The notes below the pieces were generated by a model. It was not told where the DNA came from. It ran no database searches and saw only the letters and a program-made list of their open reading frames with translations. This document shows positions 1 to 9,348 of a DNA stretch of 64,000 nt, piece by piece; the first letter of the stretch is position 1, and every line of letters begins with the position of its first letter. Source of the DNA: Candidatus Micrarchaeota archaeon RBG_16_49_10 (GTDB lineage Archaea > Aenigmatarchaeota > Aenigmatarchaeia > CG10238-14); NCBI GenBank assembly GCA_001784635.1, contig MFRS01000003.1:138763-202762 (forward strand), written 5' to 3'. The position numbers and the translations under genes were made by a program.

Positions 1-753
1 GTTCTTCCACTCGGTCACGTCCCCTATGTAGGCCGTGCACTTCATATAGCCTTTCTGCCCATTCACCATCTTTACACTTCCGGCGTTATCGCAGACCAGA
101 TCCCCGCTACTCACCGTCAGAGTCACGTCATCATTAACCGGCCTTCCACCACCGACATTTGTGATTTCAAGGTACACAGTCACCTGGCCGTTCTCGGCGT
201 ATGGTGTCCTGGATGAAAGCTTGAATTGGGTCTGTATGGGCCCGCTCTCAGGGACTTCTTCCGGCTCGCCTAGCTTGTTTTTTTCTATATCTTGCTGCTC
301 TTTCGGCAGGCTCCTTATCCATTCCCTGCTCGCAACCCTTATTATGGCCTCTGAGTGGCTTCGATAATCGTAATCTATCCCAATCTCGAACGGGTATGTT
401 ATCGTGGAGTACATGGCTGTCGGTATGTATACCCAAGTAAGGGTCTCCGTGAAGTTCGATGGCTCAAGCTCCGGTATGGAATCTGGCTGCTCTTGGAGTG
501 AAAAGCTGGTTGGCAACCCGATGACCTTTGGGACTATATTTTCCACAACATTGTCGCCGGCGTTCGTTATCTGGGCCTCGATATAAACTGACTCGCCCTC
601 ATAGACACCGTCTATAGGCTCCACACTGTATCCGACAATCTTCAAGGCCTCGCTGCTAGAAACTTGGGTATTGTCGCCGTTGTTTCTTGTATTAGTACAG
701 CCAGCAAGAAGAACTATAACAAACACCAAGAAAGTCAGCAAGAGATTCTTCAT
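1..753 (-). CDS. Secreted lipobox protein with CARDB-like beta-rich segments; C-terminal end lies outside the window
   Basis: Absent from the ORF track because it runs off the window. My reverse-strand translation from the ATG at 753 stays open to position 1 (251 codons). It begins MKNLLLTFLVFVIVLLAGCTNTRNNGDN, a signal peptide ending in lipobox L-A-G-C. Later segments VYIEAQITNAGDNVVENI and VTVYLEITNVGGG resemble CARDB-type repeats. Confidence 0.6.
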   Translation of the reverse strand, partial: MKNLLLTFLVFVIVLLAGCTNTRNNGDNTQVSSSEALKIVGYSVEPIDGVYEGESVYIEAQITNAGDNVVENIVPKVIGLPTSFSLQEQPDSIPELEPSNFTETLTWVYIPTAMYSTITYPFEIGIDYDYRSHSEAIIRVASREWIRSLPKEQQDIEKNKLGEPEEVPESGPIQTQFKLSSRTPYAENGQVTVYLEITNVGGGRPVNDDVTLTVSSGDLVCDNAGSVKMVNGQKGYMKCTAYIGDVTEWKN

Positions 754-758
754 AATAA

Positions 759-1421
759 TTATTTGTCACCGCTTTTATTAATCTTTTTTTCGGCTCTACT
801 AACCAAAAGCGCCAACAAAATAAATTCGATTGAAATCAGGCAAACCCAATAAACTGCCGTGTCAAACCAAAAAACCTCCGGATAGAGCTGAATTAAAGTA
901 GCCGTTGGTTCGAAAGCCCAGTTCCCTTCCTTGAAAAAGATTTCATGGAACTTTATAAAGAACGATTGGAAATTGGCTATCATTAAAACCGAAGATATCA
1001 CAACTATACCGGCCAACAACGAAAGCAATTTCTTAAGAAACACAACCAAACTCTTCAAATCCTCTAACTTGGCTAACAGAAAACACCCTCCTACCGAAAG
1101 GATGATTGTGCCAACATGGAAAGCAACCAGTTTAACCCTAAGTGATTTAACATCAGACAAATGGGCAATTTCGTCTTCCGTGAAAAAACCGCTGCCTCTA
1201 AGGGTAGTTTCGTCTATTTTTCCGTTGGTGTATCCCAAGACCATTTTAGACAGATCCAGCCTTTCAGTATCTGAAAATTTAATAGGCTTAGGAAAGGCGG
1301 TTTTAGAGTATTCCAAGCTGACGTATGCGTTTGAGAAAAACATGTAGATATTTGAGAGGAAAATTACACCAAATATTGAGAAAAACAGAAGAGTCCTGAG
1401 AACAAAAAAATCCGGCTTCAT
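759..1421 (-). CDS. Polytopic membrane protein, DUF1461/TIGR01906-like (the family that contains lipoprotein intramolecular transacylase Lit)
   Basis: 220-aa ORF with several hydrophobic helices. The segment FFTEDEIAHLSDVKSL matches my memory of the conserved E-x-x-H-(M/L)-x-DVK signature of this family. It ends 5 nt upstream of the lipobox gene on the same strand. Confidence 0.45.
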   Translation of the reverse strand: MKPDFFVLRTLLFFSIFGVIFLSNIYMFFSNAYVSLEYSKTAFPKPIKFSDTERLDLSKMVLGYTNGKIDETTLRGSGFFTEDEIAHLSDVKSLRVKLVAFHVGTIILSVGGCFLLAKLEDLKSLVVFLKKLLSLLAGIVVISSVLMIANFQSFFIKFHEIFFKEGNWAFEPTATLIQLYPEVFWFDTAVYWVCLISIEFILLALLVSRAEKKINKSGDK

Positions 1422-1454
1422 GAATCTTATATCTTTTTCCCGCTTAATATCTTC

Positions 1455-2225
1455 ATGGCGAGCATCGTCCAGAGATACTTAATTGAGCCGTTCGAAGTTG
1501 GGGCAGGGTATAATTCAGTAAAAACTATCGCAATTGCGTTTTTGTTCATAGCCTTCCTTTTCATTGCCGAGCGTCTTCTAAAGAAAATAAAGGTCAAAAT
1601 AGACAGGGAGTTTTTTTTGGCCGTGATACCTTTCATCGTACTCGGTGCCTTTGTAAGGGTAATTGAGGATGCCGGAATTTTAAAGTCCACCCTTTTCATA
1701 ACGCCCTTCATTTGGATACTCTTTTTTGGGATTATTATAGGTCTGTTGGCATTCTCATCTCTCATCCAACTTAAGAGGGGAATACCCTACTACAAAATAA
1801 TGTTCGTCTTGGGTATTTTCCTTTCAGGTTTGGCTGCAGGCACCTTGAGTTACACTAACCTAATCTCCATCTTCTATGTATCGGCATGGTTCGCTCCTTT
1901 TGTTTTATTGTTTCTCTTTCTTGACTGGTCATTGGAGAACAAATTAATATCGCTCGTCCAGCTTTTCGACGCTGTGACAACCTTCGTTTCGATGAAGTAC
2001 TTTGGATATTCCGAGCAGCATGTCCTACCTAATTTGATAATCAACTTTACCGGCACACCATTTTCGTTCGTCTTGGTGAAGCTGGTTGTGGTAGTTTTCG
2101 CCTTGAAGATAATAGACAAGCACTCTGAAAGCCAGGACACGAAGAACCTCTTCAAGTTTTCCATAATGCTCCTTGGCTTGGGACCTGGTTTAAGGGATTT
2201 GATAAGGCTAGTCGCTTTTGTCTAG
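1455..2225 (+). CDS. Polytopic membrane protein, possibly the archaeal DUF63 family
   Basis: 256-aa ORF with about 7 hydrophobic helices. The N-terminal GAGYNSVKT motif is reminiscent of DUF63. The family call is tentative. Confidence 0.5.
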   Translation: MASIVQRYLIEPFEVGAGYNSVKTIAIAFLFIAFLFIAERLLKKIKVKIDREFFLAVIPFIVLGAFVRVIEDAGILKSTLFITPFIWILFFGIIIGLLAFSSLIQLKRGIPYYKIMFVLGIFLSGLAAGTLSYTNLISIFYVSAWFAPFVLLFLFLDWSLENKLISLVQLFDAVTTFVSMKYFGYSEQHVLPNLIINFTGTPFSFVLVKLVVVVFALKIIDKHSESQDTKNLFKFSIMLLGLGPGLRDLIRLVAFV

Positions 2226-3364
2226 GGAAGGGTGACTTCCACATTCCCTATTACGAAATTACCGTTCCCTGTGACCTCAAAGTTTAGCGTGTTTTTGCCT
2301 GGCTTCACGTTGCTCTGCCCGAAACCCACCGAAACGGTCTCCCCTATAGAATAAGACTGTATGGCTTCAGTCGAATGCACATTACCCTCAGGGTCTGTTA
2401 TGGTTAATATCAAGTTCCCGTTGTAATTCGTGTCCGTGATCTTGAAACTCGCCTTTCCTTCCTTGTTTTTCAGGTTGTTGTAGGCTGTCGTGCTGACTTG
2501 GAAATCGAAGGACCTTTTTTTGACTCCAACCTCCTCGTGGATTATTGCTATCTCGGCGTCGTCTATCTCATACGTCACGCCGCTCTCGGCCGAAAAGCTG
2601 ATTGTGTTGGTGCCCTTCCTAAGCCCCACTTCCAAGGCGTCAAAACTCCTATGGAAATCGAATTCCGGCTCCCCCCTATATATGGTCCTACCGTTTACCT
2701 CGATCACCAGGTCACCGATGCCTTCTATATTATCGACCCCGAAGGAGATTTCGCCTGACCTGAAATCCCTGAGCTCATCCTCGTAGACCGTGAAGTCCTG
2801 CGTCTTCTCCGTCCTCCCCCACAGGTTTATCCCGAACTCCACCTTATCTATGTTGTATACGCTGCTCTTCCAGAATTCCCATCCAGGGTGCGTGGTCCTT
2901 ATTTCAATGACGTTGTAATCTTTAATCATCCCGTTGTCTATCGGGATTTCGACACTGCCTCTCCCGACCTTCTGGTCGAATACCTTGTTGTCGTTGAATG
3001 TCACCACCAGATTACCCCCGGAGTTAGTGTCAAGGACGTCTATATTGACGAACCCAGTGGTTATAGAACTCAGTTCCTGATCCACATTGACGCTCATGGT
3101 GTGATAATCCTCCCCAAATGAACCCTTCTTTACCAGAACAGCCCTGTCGGTCTTTATATCCTCGGAGCCAACGGAGTAGCTCACCTTGAAGTCGCCAATC
3201 CTTATATGCCTAGGCACGTCCTGGGGGAAAGCGCCTATCGAGAAGGGCGATACCACGCTGGTATTGTTCAATATCTGGTCTGAAGGGGTCTCTCCACCCC
3301 AAACGAAAATCGCAACGACTATCAGAGCAAGGCCGGCAAGGAGGACATACACAAATTCATCCAT
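2222..3364 (-). CDS. N-terminally membrane-anchored extracellular protein, function unknown
   Basis: 380-aa ORF. It starts with a TM helix (VYVLLAGLALIVVAIFVW) and continues with a beta-rich Asn/Thr/Gly-rich ectodomain. I recognised no family motif. Confidence 0.6.
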   Translation of the reverse strand: MDEFVYVLLAGLALIVVAIFVWGGETPSDQILNNTSVVSPFSIGAFPQDVPRHIRIGDFKVSYSVGSEDIKTDRAVLVKKGSFGEDYHTMSVNVDQELSSITTGFVNIDVLDTNSGGNLVVTFNDNKVFDQKVGRGSVEIPIDNGMIKDYNVIEIRTTHPGWEFWKSSVYNIDKVEFGINLWGRTEKTQDFTVYEDELRDFRSGEISFGVDNIEGIGDLVIEVNGRTIYRGEPEFDFHRSFDALEVGLRKGTNTISFSAESGVTYEIDDAEIAIIHEEVGVKKRSFDFQVSTTAYNNLKNKEGKASFKITDTNYNGNLILTITDPEGNVHSTEAIQSYSIGETVSVGFGQSNVKPGKNTLNFEVTGNGNFVIGNVEVTLP

Positions 3365-3442
3365 CAGTTCACACCTGTAATAAAATATTCAATTATTAAC
3401 TAATATTATTATCCTATCAATTCTTTCCCGCAACTTTTGGCT

Positions 3443-3979
3443 TCAAGGCGATATCCTTGTGATTTTATAGTAGGTCACGTCTGATTCGGAATCGACTATG
3501 GCCCATATCATCTCCGTCCTTATGTTCTGCGCCAGCCTCACTGCCCTTGACAGCTCTGGGAACGAGCAGGAGAACTCCTCAGGTATGGCATGGACGACCC
3601 ATTTAGTGTGCTCATGCGCCTGTTTGGGCCCTTTTTTAAGTTTCACGCCCCTCTCATAGACCCGGAAGTCACAGCCGAACTTGAAGCCCGTCTTGACGAG
3701 GAAACCCTTCTCCCTCAGGTCTGTGTATACTACGAGCTTCGCGTGAAAATTCCTCTCCGTTTTCTTGCAGTAGTTGAAGAAATCCTCCTCGCTGAAAAAC
3801 TTCTTTTTTGACTCCGCACGAATCTTGAGCTTTCCCCTTTTCAGAAGGTACATAGACTCGATTAGCGTCAGCTCTACCTTTCCCTCTACCTCTTTCCCGT
3901 ATCCGGACTCGAACAACTCCTCAAAATCATCCTTTTGCCAGATCATTACCCTTTGCTCTGCAAGCTCCCCTTCAAACAT
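3443..3979 (-). CDS. endA: tRNA-splicing endonuclease, short alpha4-size form
   Basis: 178 aa. YLLKRGKL, VVYTDLREKGFLVKTGFKFGCDFRVYERG and HTKWVVHAI match the EndA catalytic-domain pattern (Tyr/His/Lys triad region). Confidence 0.9.
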   Translation of the reverse strand: MFEGELAEQRVMIWQKDDFEELFESGYGKEVEGKVELTLIESMYLLKRGKLKIRAESKKKFFSEEDFFNYCKKTERNFHAKLVVYTDLREKGFLVKTGFKFGCDFRVYERGVKLKKGPKQAHEHTKWVVHAIPEEFSCSFPELSRAVRLAQNIRTEMIWAIVDSESDVTYYKITRISP

Positions 3980-4040
3980 AAACCTTCTCTCTTAATATTA
4001 ACCGAAAACCTTTTAACCTTTATATTTTTGGGTTTTTGGA

Positions 4041-4736
4041 CTAGTTAAAACCTTTAAACCTTAGGCTAATCACATAGGGGATCATTCTTAATTCCCTCTT
4101 GATGTTAAACGAGCTTTTCCTTTCGGACCTGACCCACAGTATAGGGAACTCTTTTATCTTATAACCGGCCCTTTTTGCCCTCGCCAAAAATTCCACATCC
4201 CAAAACCATCCTCGTTTGTTGTCAAAACCCATACCACTTATTATAGGGAGCAGCTCCCTTTTGAAAGCCTTGAAGCCGCATTGGTGATCCTTAATTTTAG
4301 TCAGGAAAAGAATACGCATAATTTTGTTGTACACAAAGCTTATTACCAGCCTTTTGGATTCCCTTTTCGCCTTCAGACCACCGTATCTGCTGCCTATCGC
4401 TATGTCGGCCCCGTTTTCCACATTACATATCAATTCTTTTAGGTATCTCAAATCAACGGAAAGGTCGGCGTCCATGAAAGCTATTATATCCCCCTTGGCC
4501 TTCTTGAATGACTGAGCCAGATTTTCTCTTCTAGTAGGCCCATTATTGTAGTTTAATATTTTGATGCCTTCAACTTTTTTGAGCTCGTCAAGAGTCCCGT
4601 CTGTCGAGGCGTCATTTACAACTATTATCTCGAAATTTTTAATGAACTTTCTGGTAGCACCCACAATTTTTTTAATGTTGCCTCGGATTATTTTCTCCTC
4701 ATTGTATACAGGAACGAATATGCTGACCTTGACCAT
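4041..4736 (-). CDS. Family 2 glycosyltransferase, polyprenyl-phosphate sugar synthase type (DPM1/ArnC/GtrB-like)
   Basis: 231 aa. VSIFVPVYNEE, VVNDASTDGT and the DxD motif in FMDADLS are the typical GT-A/GT2 signature. Confidence 0.85.
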   Translation of the reverse strand: MVKVSIFVPVYNEEKIIRGNIKKIVGATRKFIKNFEIIVVNDASTDGTLDELKKVEGIKILNYNNGPTRRENLAQSFKKAKGDIIAFMDADLSVDLRYLKELICNVENGADIAIGSRYGGLKAKRESKRLVISFVYNKIMRILFLTKIKDHQCGFKAFKRELLPIISGMGFDNKRGWFWDVEFLARAKRAGYKIKEFPILWVRSERKSSFNIKRELRMIPYVISLRFKGFN

Positions 4737-4812
4737 TAGATTAGACTTTCGTCTTCAAAGTTTTAAGTTTGAAACTCTCTGGCTTTAAATTTTTATTATA
4801 CACAAGCAGAGA

Positions 4813-5202
4813 TTACAATTTCATAACCACAAAATATGCCCCTGCTGATATCATCAATATACCTAACATTTTCATCAAGGTTAGTTTCTCCCCAAAGAAG
4901 GCCCATGCCGCAACCGCTGTCAGGATATATGCCATCCCTATCAGTGGGTACACGAAACTAACGTCCTCCATCGACAGTGCAGTGAGGTAGAAAACTGATG
5001 TCAAACCGTATAGCGCAAGTCCAACAAAAACGAACTTGTTGAAAAACACTTGGAAAAATTTCTCGAAGAAAATATCCTTTACCTGTATTTTTCCAATTTC
5101 ATTCATACCCCTTTTCATAAAAATCTGGGCGGCCGTCCCCATCAACACCACTATCCCAATAATTAAAAACACATTCATTTTTTTTCCCTCCTTAACTTTC
5201 AT
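4813..5202 (-). CDS. Small 4-TM EamA/SMR-like membrane protein (ArnE/F- or GtrA-like flippase role inferred)
   Basis: 129 aa with four hydrophobic helices. Its start abuts the stop of the upstream oxidoreductase gene (5202/5203). Confidence 0.6.
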   Translation of the reverse strand: MKVKEGKKMNVFLIIGIVVLMGTAAQIFMKRGMNEIGKIQVKDIFFEKFFQVFFNKFVFVGLALYGLTSVFYLTALSMEDVSFVYPLIGMAYILTAVAAWAFFGEKLTLMKMLGILMISAGAYFVVMKL

Positions 5203-6480
5203 TCAATCACACAATTTTGCAAGCTCTTCGCCGGCAATCACCGAGTTTTCAATCGACCTTTCTGGATATCCGTTGAACATACCACCAATGTAGAAGCCTT
5301 TTACCGGTGTCTCATGGCCTATAACCTTTTTTTGGTAATTGGTTTCATAAATTATTCCAGCTTTTTTACTTTTTGAAACTTTCCACCATTTAAGATTCTG
5401 TCTTTTGATATACGGGAAAAGCCTTCTAAGCTCCTTAAAATATTCTTCAAATATCCCCTTATCGGAAAGTTTCCATAGATGAGATCTAAAGTCTGGATAA
5501 CTTGCTAGATATAATATATGGTCTTTGTACTTCTCTATAGACTGGAAGTTGGTGTGTTCTATAATAGCCCCTATTAGAGACTCGTCTATTATGTTTATCC
5601 AATAGAAATCGGTGACTTTCCTATCTAAACCAACAATAATACAGAGAGCTCCCTGGTAATTTATATCAGATATTTTTTTCCTGAACTCTACAGACAAGTC
5701 TTTATATTCGGCAAGTGTAGGAAGGGGGATGGTACTTATAACATTATTGGCATTGATTTCTTTACCATCCAACACAACGCCTTTCATAACCCCATTCCTA
5801 ATTATAAACTTGTTAATACCCTTTCCTTTAACAATATCCCCCCCATTTTCAAGTATTTCCTGTTCGATTTTATCGATGAATATATGAAACCCACCATCTA
5901 TATACCCCAAGGATTCCTTTTTGAACCCACCCGTTGTTCTTATCCTTATCCTCTCTATAAACCATGTCGCCGATACTTTGTCGGCGTTTTTATCGTATTT
6001 GCTTTTAAGCATGGGTGAAAAGAATTTTTCATACACACCTTTACCAGCATTATTTAATATCCATTCTTTAGCGGTCATGTCATCCAATTTTTTAGGATTC
6101 CTTATGAACTTTATTTTTGCCATGACTAAACCTAGTCTTATTTTTTCAGGTACAGTGAGAATTTTGAATCCTATGAAACTGAAAGGGGTTGAGAGGTCAT
6201 GTATTTTTCCTTTTGTGTAAAAACCCAAGGTGCTACCAGTCCAGATAATATTCTCAATTCCTATTTCTTCAGCTAAATTTATGAAAGAGGGGTTGTTTAC
6301 AAAAACATGGTGATAGTATTTTTCTATCGGATCCCCCCTTGTTTTGGTAGACATAAGAAGACCGCCCAACTCATTTGTTTTTTCAACGAGCAAAACTTTT
6401 TTACCCCTTTTGCTTAACCTATACGCGGCTACTAGACCTGCCATACCCGCCCCAAGAATTACACAGTCATACCTGCTCAT
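5203..6480 (-). CDS. FAD/NAD(P)-dependent oxidoreductase (amine oxidase/phytoene desaturase/UDP-galactopyranose-mutase-like fold)
   Basis: 425 aa with an N-terminal Rossmann motif, DCVILGAGMAGLVAAYRLSKRGKKVLLVEK...GG. The exact subfamily is not resolvable by eye. Confidence 0.8.
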   Translation of the reverse strand: MSRYDCVILGAGMAGLVAAYRLSKRGKKVLLVEKTNELGGLLMSTKTRGDPIEKYYHHVFVNNPSFINLAEEIGIENIIWTGSTLGFYTKGKIHDLSTPFSFIGFKILTVPEKIRLGLVMAKIKFIRNPKKLDDMTAKEWILNNAGKGVYEKFFSPMLKSKYDKNADKVSATWFIERIRIRTTGGFKKESLGYIDGGFHIFIDKIEQEILENGGDIVKGKGINKFIIRNGVMKGVVLDGKEINANNVISTIPLPTLAEYKDLSVEFRKKISDINYQGALCIIVGLDRKVTDFYWINIIDESLIGAIIEHTNFQSIEKYKDHILYLASYPDFRSHLWKLSDKGIFEEYFKELRRLFPYIKRQNLKWWKVSKSKKAGIIYETNYQKKVIGHETPVKGFYIGGMFNGYPERSIENSVIAGEELAKLCD

Positions 6481-6592
6481 AAAATAAAACCCCTAAAGTT
6501 ACAGATTCATATATTAGGCTACTAACTATAAATTTTTGGTTTTTAAGGCTAATTTATCTCTTTCTTAGTAATATATTATTGGTGTTTGTTGA

Positions 6593-8134
6593 GTGGATGA
6601 ATTCACTAAAGCCTTGGCGATTTTCTTCGTTTTTTATTTCATACTTTTAATTTCTACGACTCCCGAACCAATAGTCTCTGATGAAGGAGATCATATGATG
6701 GATTCATTCTTCTTCTACAACCTCTTCAGGGATTTTTTTACTAACCCAAAACTAATTTTAAATTTACCAGATTACGTTTATAGATTTTATACTTTCTACC
6801 CGGCTCTTTATATTGTATATTATCCACCACTTTTTGCTTCTCTTACTACCCTGTCTTTCATGGTACTAGGACCTTCAATGCTATCTACAAGGCTAATAAC
6901 AATAATATTCTCTATCGCCTCTCTGGGAGTATTTTATTTGATTGGTAAAAGACTTTACGACAGAAAAACGTCTTTTTTGGCGACCCTCATACTCTCCTTC
7001 GCCCCATTTTATTTCATTTTTTCTAACATAGCAATGCTTGAGGTACCTCTCCTATTTTTTACATTCCTCTCAATACTATTTTTCCTTAAAGGTCTGGAAG
7101 AAAACAAAAACTACTTTTACTTAATGGGCCTTTCTTTAGGGGTTGGGGCATTAATAAAATATTCTATTTTCTCTTTAGGGCCCGGAATCTTTTTTTATCT
7201 TATATATAAAAAGGCATTTTTCAAAAATTTTAAAGAACTTTTTCTTTCCGCCTTAATCGCCCTTCTGATTTTCACCCCCTATGTTCTGATAGTCAATCAT
7301 TTTAATGGCATGGACTATACACTTTGGGTTTTGGGAAGAAAGGCCGATGAATGTTATGATATTTGTCCACCTAAAAGCAGGTTAGCAACTCTGTACTATT
7401 ACCCGTTTTTTTTATTTTTTGAAGTTTTCCCTCTTGTTTTTCTTTTACCAATAGCATACTTTATTTGGCATAGAAAATTAGAGAATTCCGATATTTTCCT
7501 TCTTTTTTTGGTGTTTTTTTACTTTCTTTTCTTCACTATATTGTCTAATAAAACCCCGAAGTACATAATGGTTACCATACCTCTCTTTTCACTCCTTTTT
7601 GTTTCAGCTTTGAAAAGACTCAAAAAAGGAACGGCCGTGTTATTCGTTTCCGTTTTTCTAGCCCAATTCATCATCTCAATTTTCTTTCCGCCTTATAGGG
7701 CTACCGAAACTTCAACAATATTGAGTTTTGACTCCCAAAAACCTGCATCTTATCTTGCAAACAACATAGAGCCACAGGCAAACGTCTTTCTTATAGGGTC
7801 TTTTTATGAAGACGGTTTAATTTTCAACTTCGCTAGCTTAAACAACTTTCAAAATCATGTTTTAAGATGGCGAGATTGCGTTTTTGAAAATATATCTAGT
7901 GAGAAATTTTCAGATTTTATCCATAAAAACAATATTCAATTTGTTGTGACTGATGATATAGCGAAGGAACAGTATAAACAATCTAGAAAATTTTTAGACG
8001 ATAACTTTAAACAAGTTTATAGTGGCGGTAATATGTTAATTTATGAGAATCAAGACTTGCAGATAATGCCTCTTAATGAGATATGTGATTTTGTTTGCAA
8101 AATAAACAAAACTGTTTGTAGAAAAATTGACTAA
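6593..8134 (+). CDS. GT-C fold glycosyltransferase (ArnT/PMT_2-like, lipid-linked sugar donor)
   Basis: 513 aa, GTG start, at least 10 hydrophobic helices followed by a soluble C-terminal domain. The architecture and Tyr/Phe-rich helices are typical of the 4-amino-arabinose/dolichyl-phosphate-mannose transferase family. Confidence 0.7.
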   Translation: MDEFTKALAIFFVFYFILLISTTPEPIVSDEGDHMMDSFFFYNLFRDFFTNPKLILNLPDYVYRFYTFYPALYIVYYPPLFASLTTLSFMVLGPSMLSTRLITIIFSIASLGVFYLIGKRLYDRKTSFLATLILSFAPFYFIFSNIAMLEVPLLFFTFLSILFFLKGLEENKNYFYLMGLSLGVGALIKYSIFSLGPGIFFYLIYKKAFFKNFKELFLSALIALLIFTPYVLIVNHFNGMDYTLWVLGRKADECYDICPPKSRLATLYYYPFFLFFEVFPLVFLLPIAYFIWHRKLENSDIFLLFLVFFYFLFFTILSNKTPKYIMVTIPLFSLLFVSALKRLKKGTAVLFVSVFLAQFIISIFFPPYRATETSTILSFDSQKPASYLANNIEPQANVFLIGSFYEDGLIFNFASLNNFQNHVLRWRDCVFENISSEKFSDFIHKNNIQFVVTDDIAKEQYKQSRKFLDDNFKQVYSGGNMLIYENQDLQIMPLNEICDFVCKINKTVCRKID

Positions 8135-8141
8135 AGTTGGA

Positions 8142-8215
8142 TGGGACGGACCGGATTTGAACCAGCAACACCACGGGCTTCAGCCGTGTGCTCTCCCGGG
8201 TTGAGCTACCGTCCC
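8142..8215 (-). tRNA. tRNA-Phe (anticodon GAA)
   Basis: Reverse complement folds as a cloverleaf: gggacgg ta gctc aacccggg agagc a cacgg ctGAAgc ccgtg gtgtt gctgg ttcaaat ccggt ccgtccc a. 74 nt, CCA not encoded. Confidence 0.9.
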
Positions 8216-8243
8216 TCGCAGTAATAATTCAACGAATAATTCT

Positions 8244-8960
8244 TTAAACTTTCCTATTAAAAATCCTTTTTACGATGTCGGACTTGTACTTCCAGACGAA
8301 CTCCGTATATGACCTTGCCATCCTCACGAGGTTCGTCTTTTTTCCTGTATTATAGCTTACACTCACCGGTATGACCGCAACCGAGAATCCCTTCATCGAG
8401 GCAATCCTAAGGCTGTCGGCCTCTATCCCATAACCCTCTATTCTCAGCTCTGGCAGCATACCTTCAACCACCTTTCGAGTGTAGCACCTGAAGCCCGAGC
8501 TTAGGTCAGAATAGAATGAACCTGAAACTAATACCATAAGCAGGTTGACGAATATGTTGAGGAGGACCCGCATCAAAGGGATTTTACCTCTTTCTTTGGT
8601 GAACCTGGAGCCTACAACTATGTCTGAAATCCTGTTTTCGGCCAACAGGAGGAGGTTAGGTATCTCCTCTGGGTCGCTCTGCCCATCAGCATCTATCGTG
8701 ACCGCATTTTTTCCGCCTTCATCTAGGAACCTCTTGAAGCCGGTCATCAGAGCTCTCCCTTTGCCCATGTTCTTCTTGTGCGAGAGGATTATAACCCTCT
8801 TTTCTCCCTTAAAGCCGCTTTGCATAAGGTTTAGAGTCCTGTCTGTCGAGCCATCGTTGACAAAAATAATTTTATCAACGTACTTCAATGTCTTCCTTGT
8901 CACGTCCACCGCTGTCTTCTCTTCGTTGTAGGCGCATATTATCGCGAAATTGTCCATCAA
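8244..8960 (-). CDS. Family 2 glycosyltransferase (second DPM1/GtrB-like copy)
   Basis: 238 aa. AIICAYNEE, VNDGSTDRT and TIDADGQ (DxD) motifs. Confidence 0.85.
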   Translation of the reverse strand: MMDNFAIICAYNEEKTAVDVTRKTLKYVDKIIFVNDGSTDRTLNLMQSGFKGEKRVIILSHKKNMGKGRALMTGFKRFLDEGGKNAVTIDADGQSDPEEIPNLLLLAENRISDIVVGSRFTKERGKIPLMRVLLNIFVNLLMVLVSGSFYSDLSSGFRCYTRKVVEGMLPELRIEGYGIEADSLRIASMKGFSVAVIPVSVSYNTGKKTNLVRMARSYTEFVWKYKSDIVKRIFNRKV

Positions 8961-9108
8961 TTATAAATTGAGGGAAAGATTATTAAACTCTATTTTTCCT
9001 AGTATACCGTTTCTTCCGTGAAAAGTTAAGAATTCTGCCGGAAAAATTATAAAAGGGTGCGATAAAGAATATAAAGATACAAACAAGTGATTTAAAGAGG
9101 CTGATTGG

Positions 9109-9348
9109 TTGAAGGAGTTTTTGGATGCGCTCAAGCTGAAAAGCAAGGACAAGCTGGAGAGAGCCGAAGGGTTTTCAATCCTTTCCCTCCTTCTAGGCTC
9201 GCTTCTCCTGTCACTTGGGATAGGTTTAAGTATTTTAATCCCGAAAGGCATTTCTGCCATTACGGCCATGTTTGGAAGCCTAATAGCCTTCCTTTCGACG
9301 GTGGCCCTGGTGGCGATATGGTTCATAAAGGAGTTAAAGGGTGAATAG
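9109..9348 (+). CDS. Small two-helix membrane protein
   Basis: 79 aa with two hydrophobic helices. Its stop codon directly abuts the S15 start (TAG ATG). Confidence 0.4.
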   Translation: MKEFLDALKLKSKDKLERAEGFSILSLLLGSLLLSLGIGLSILIPKGISAITAMFGSLIAFLSTVALVAIWFIKELKGE

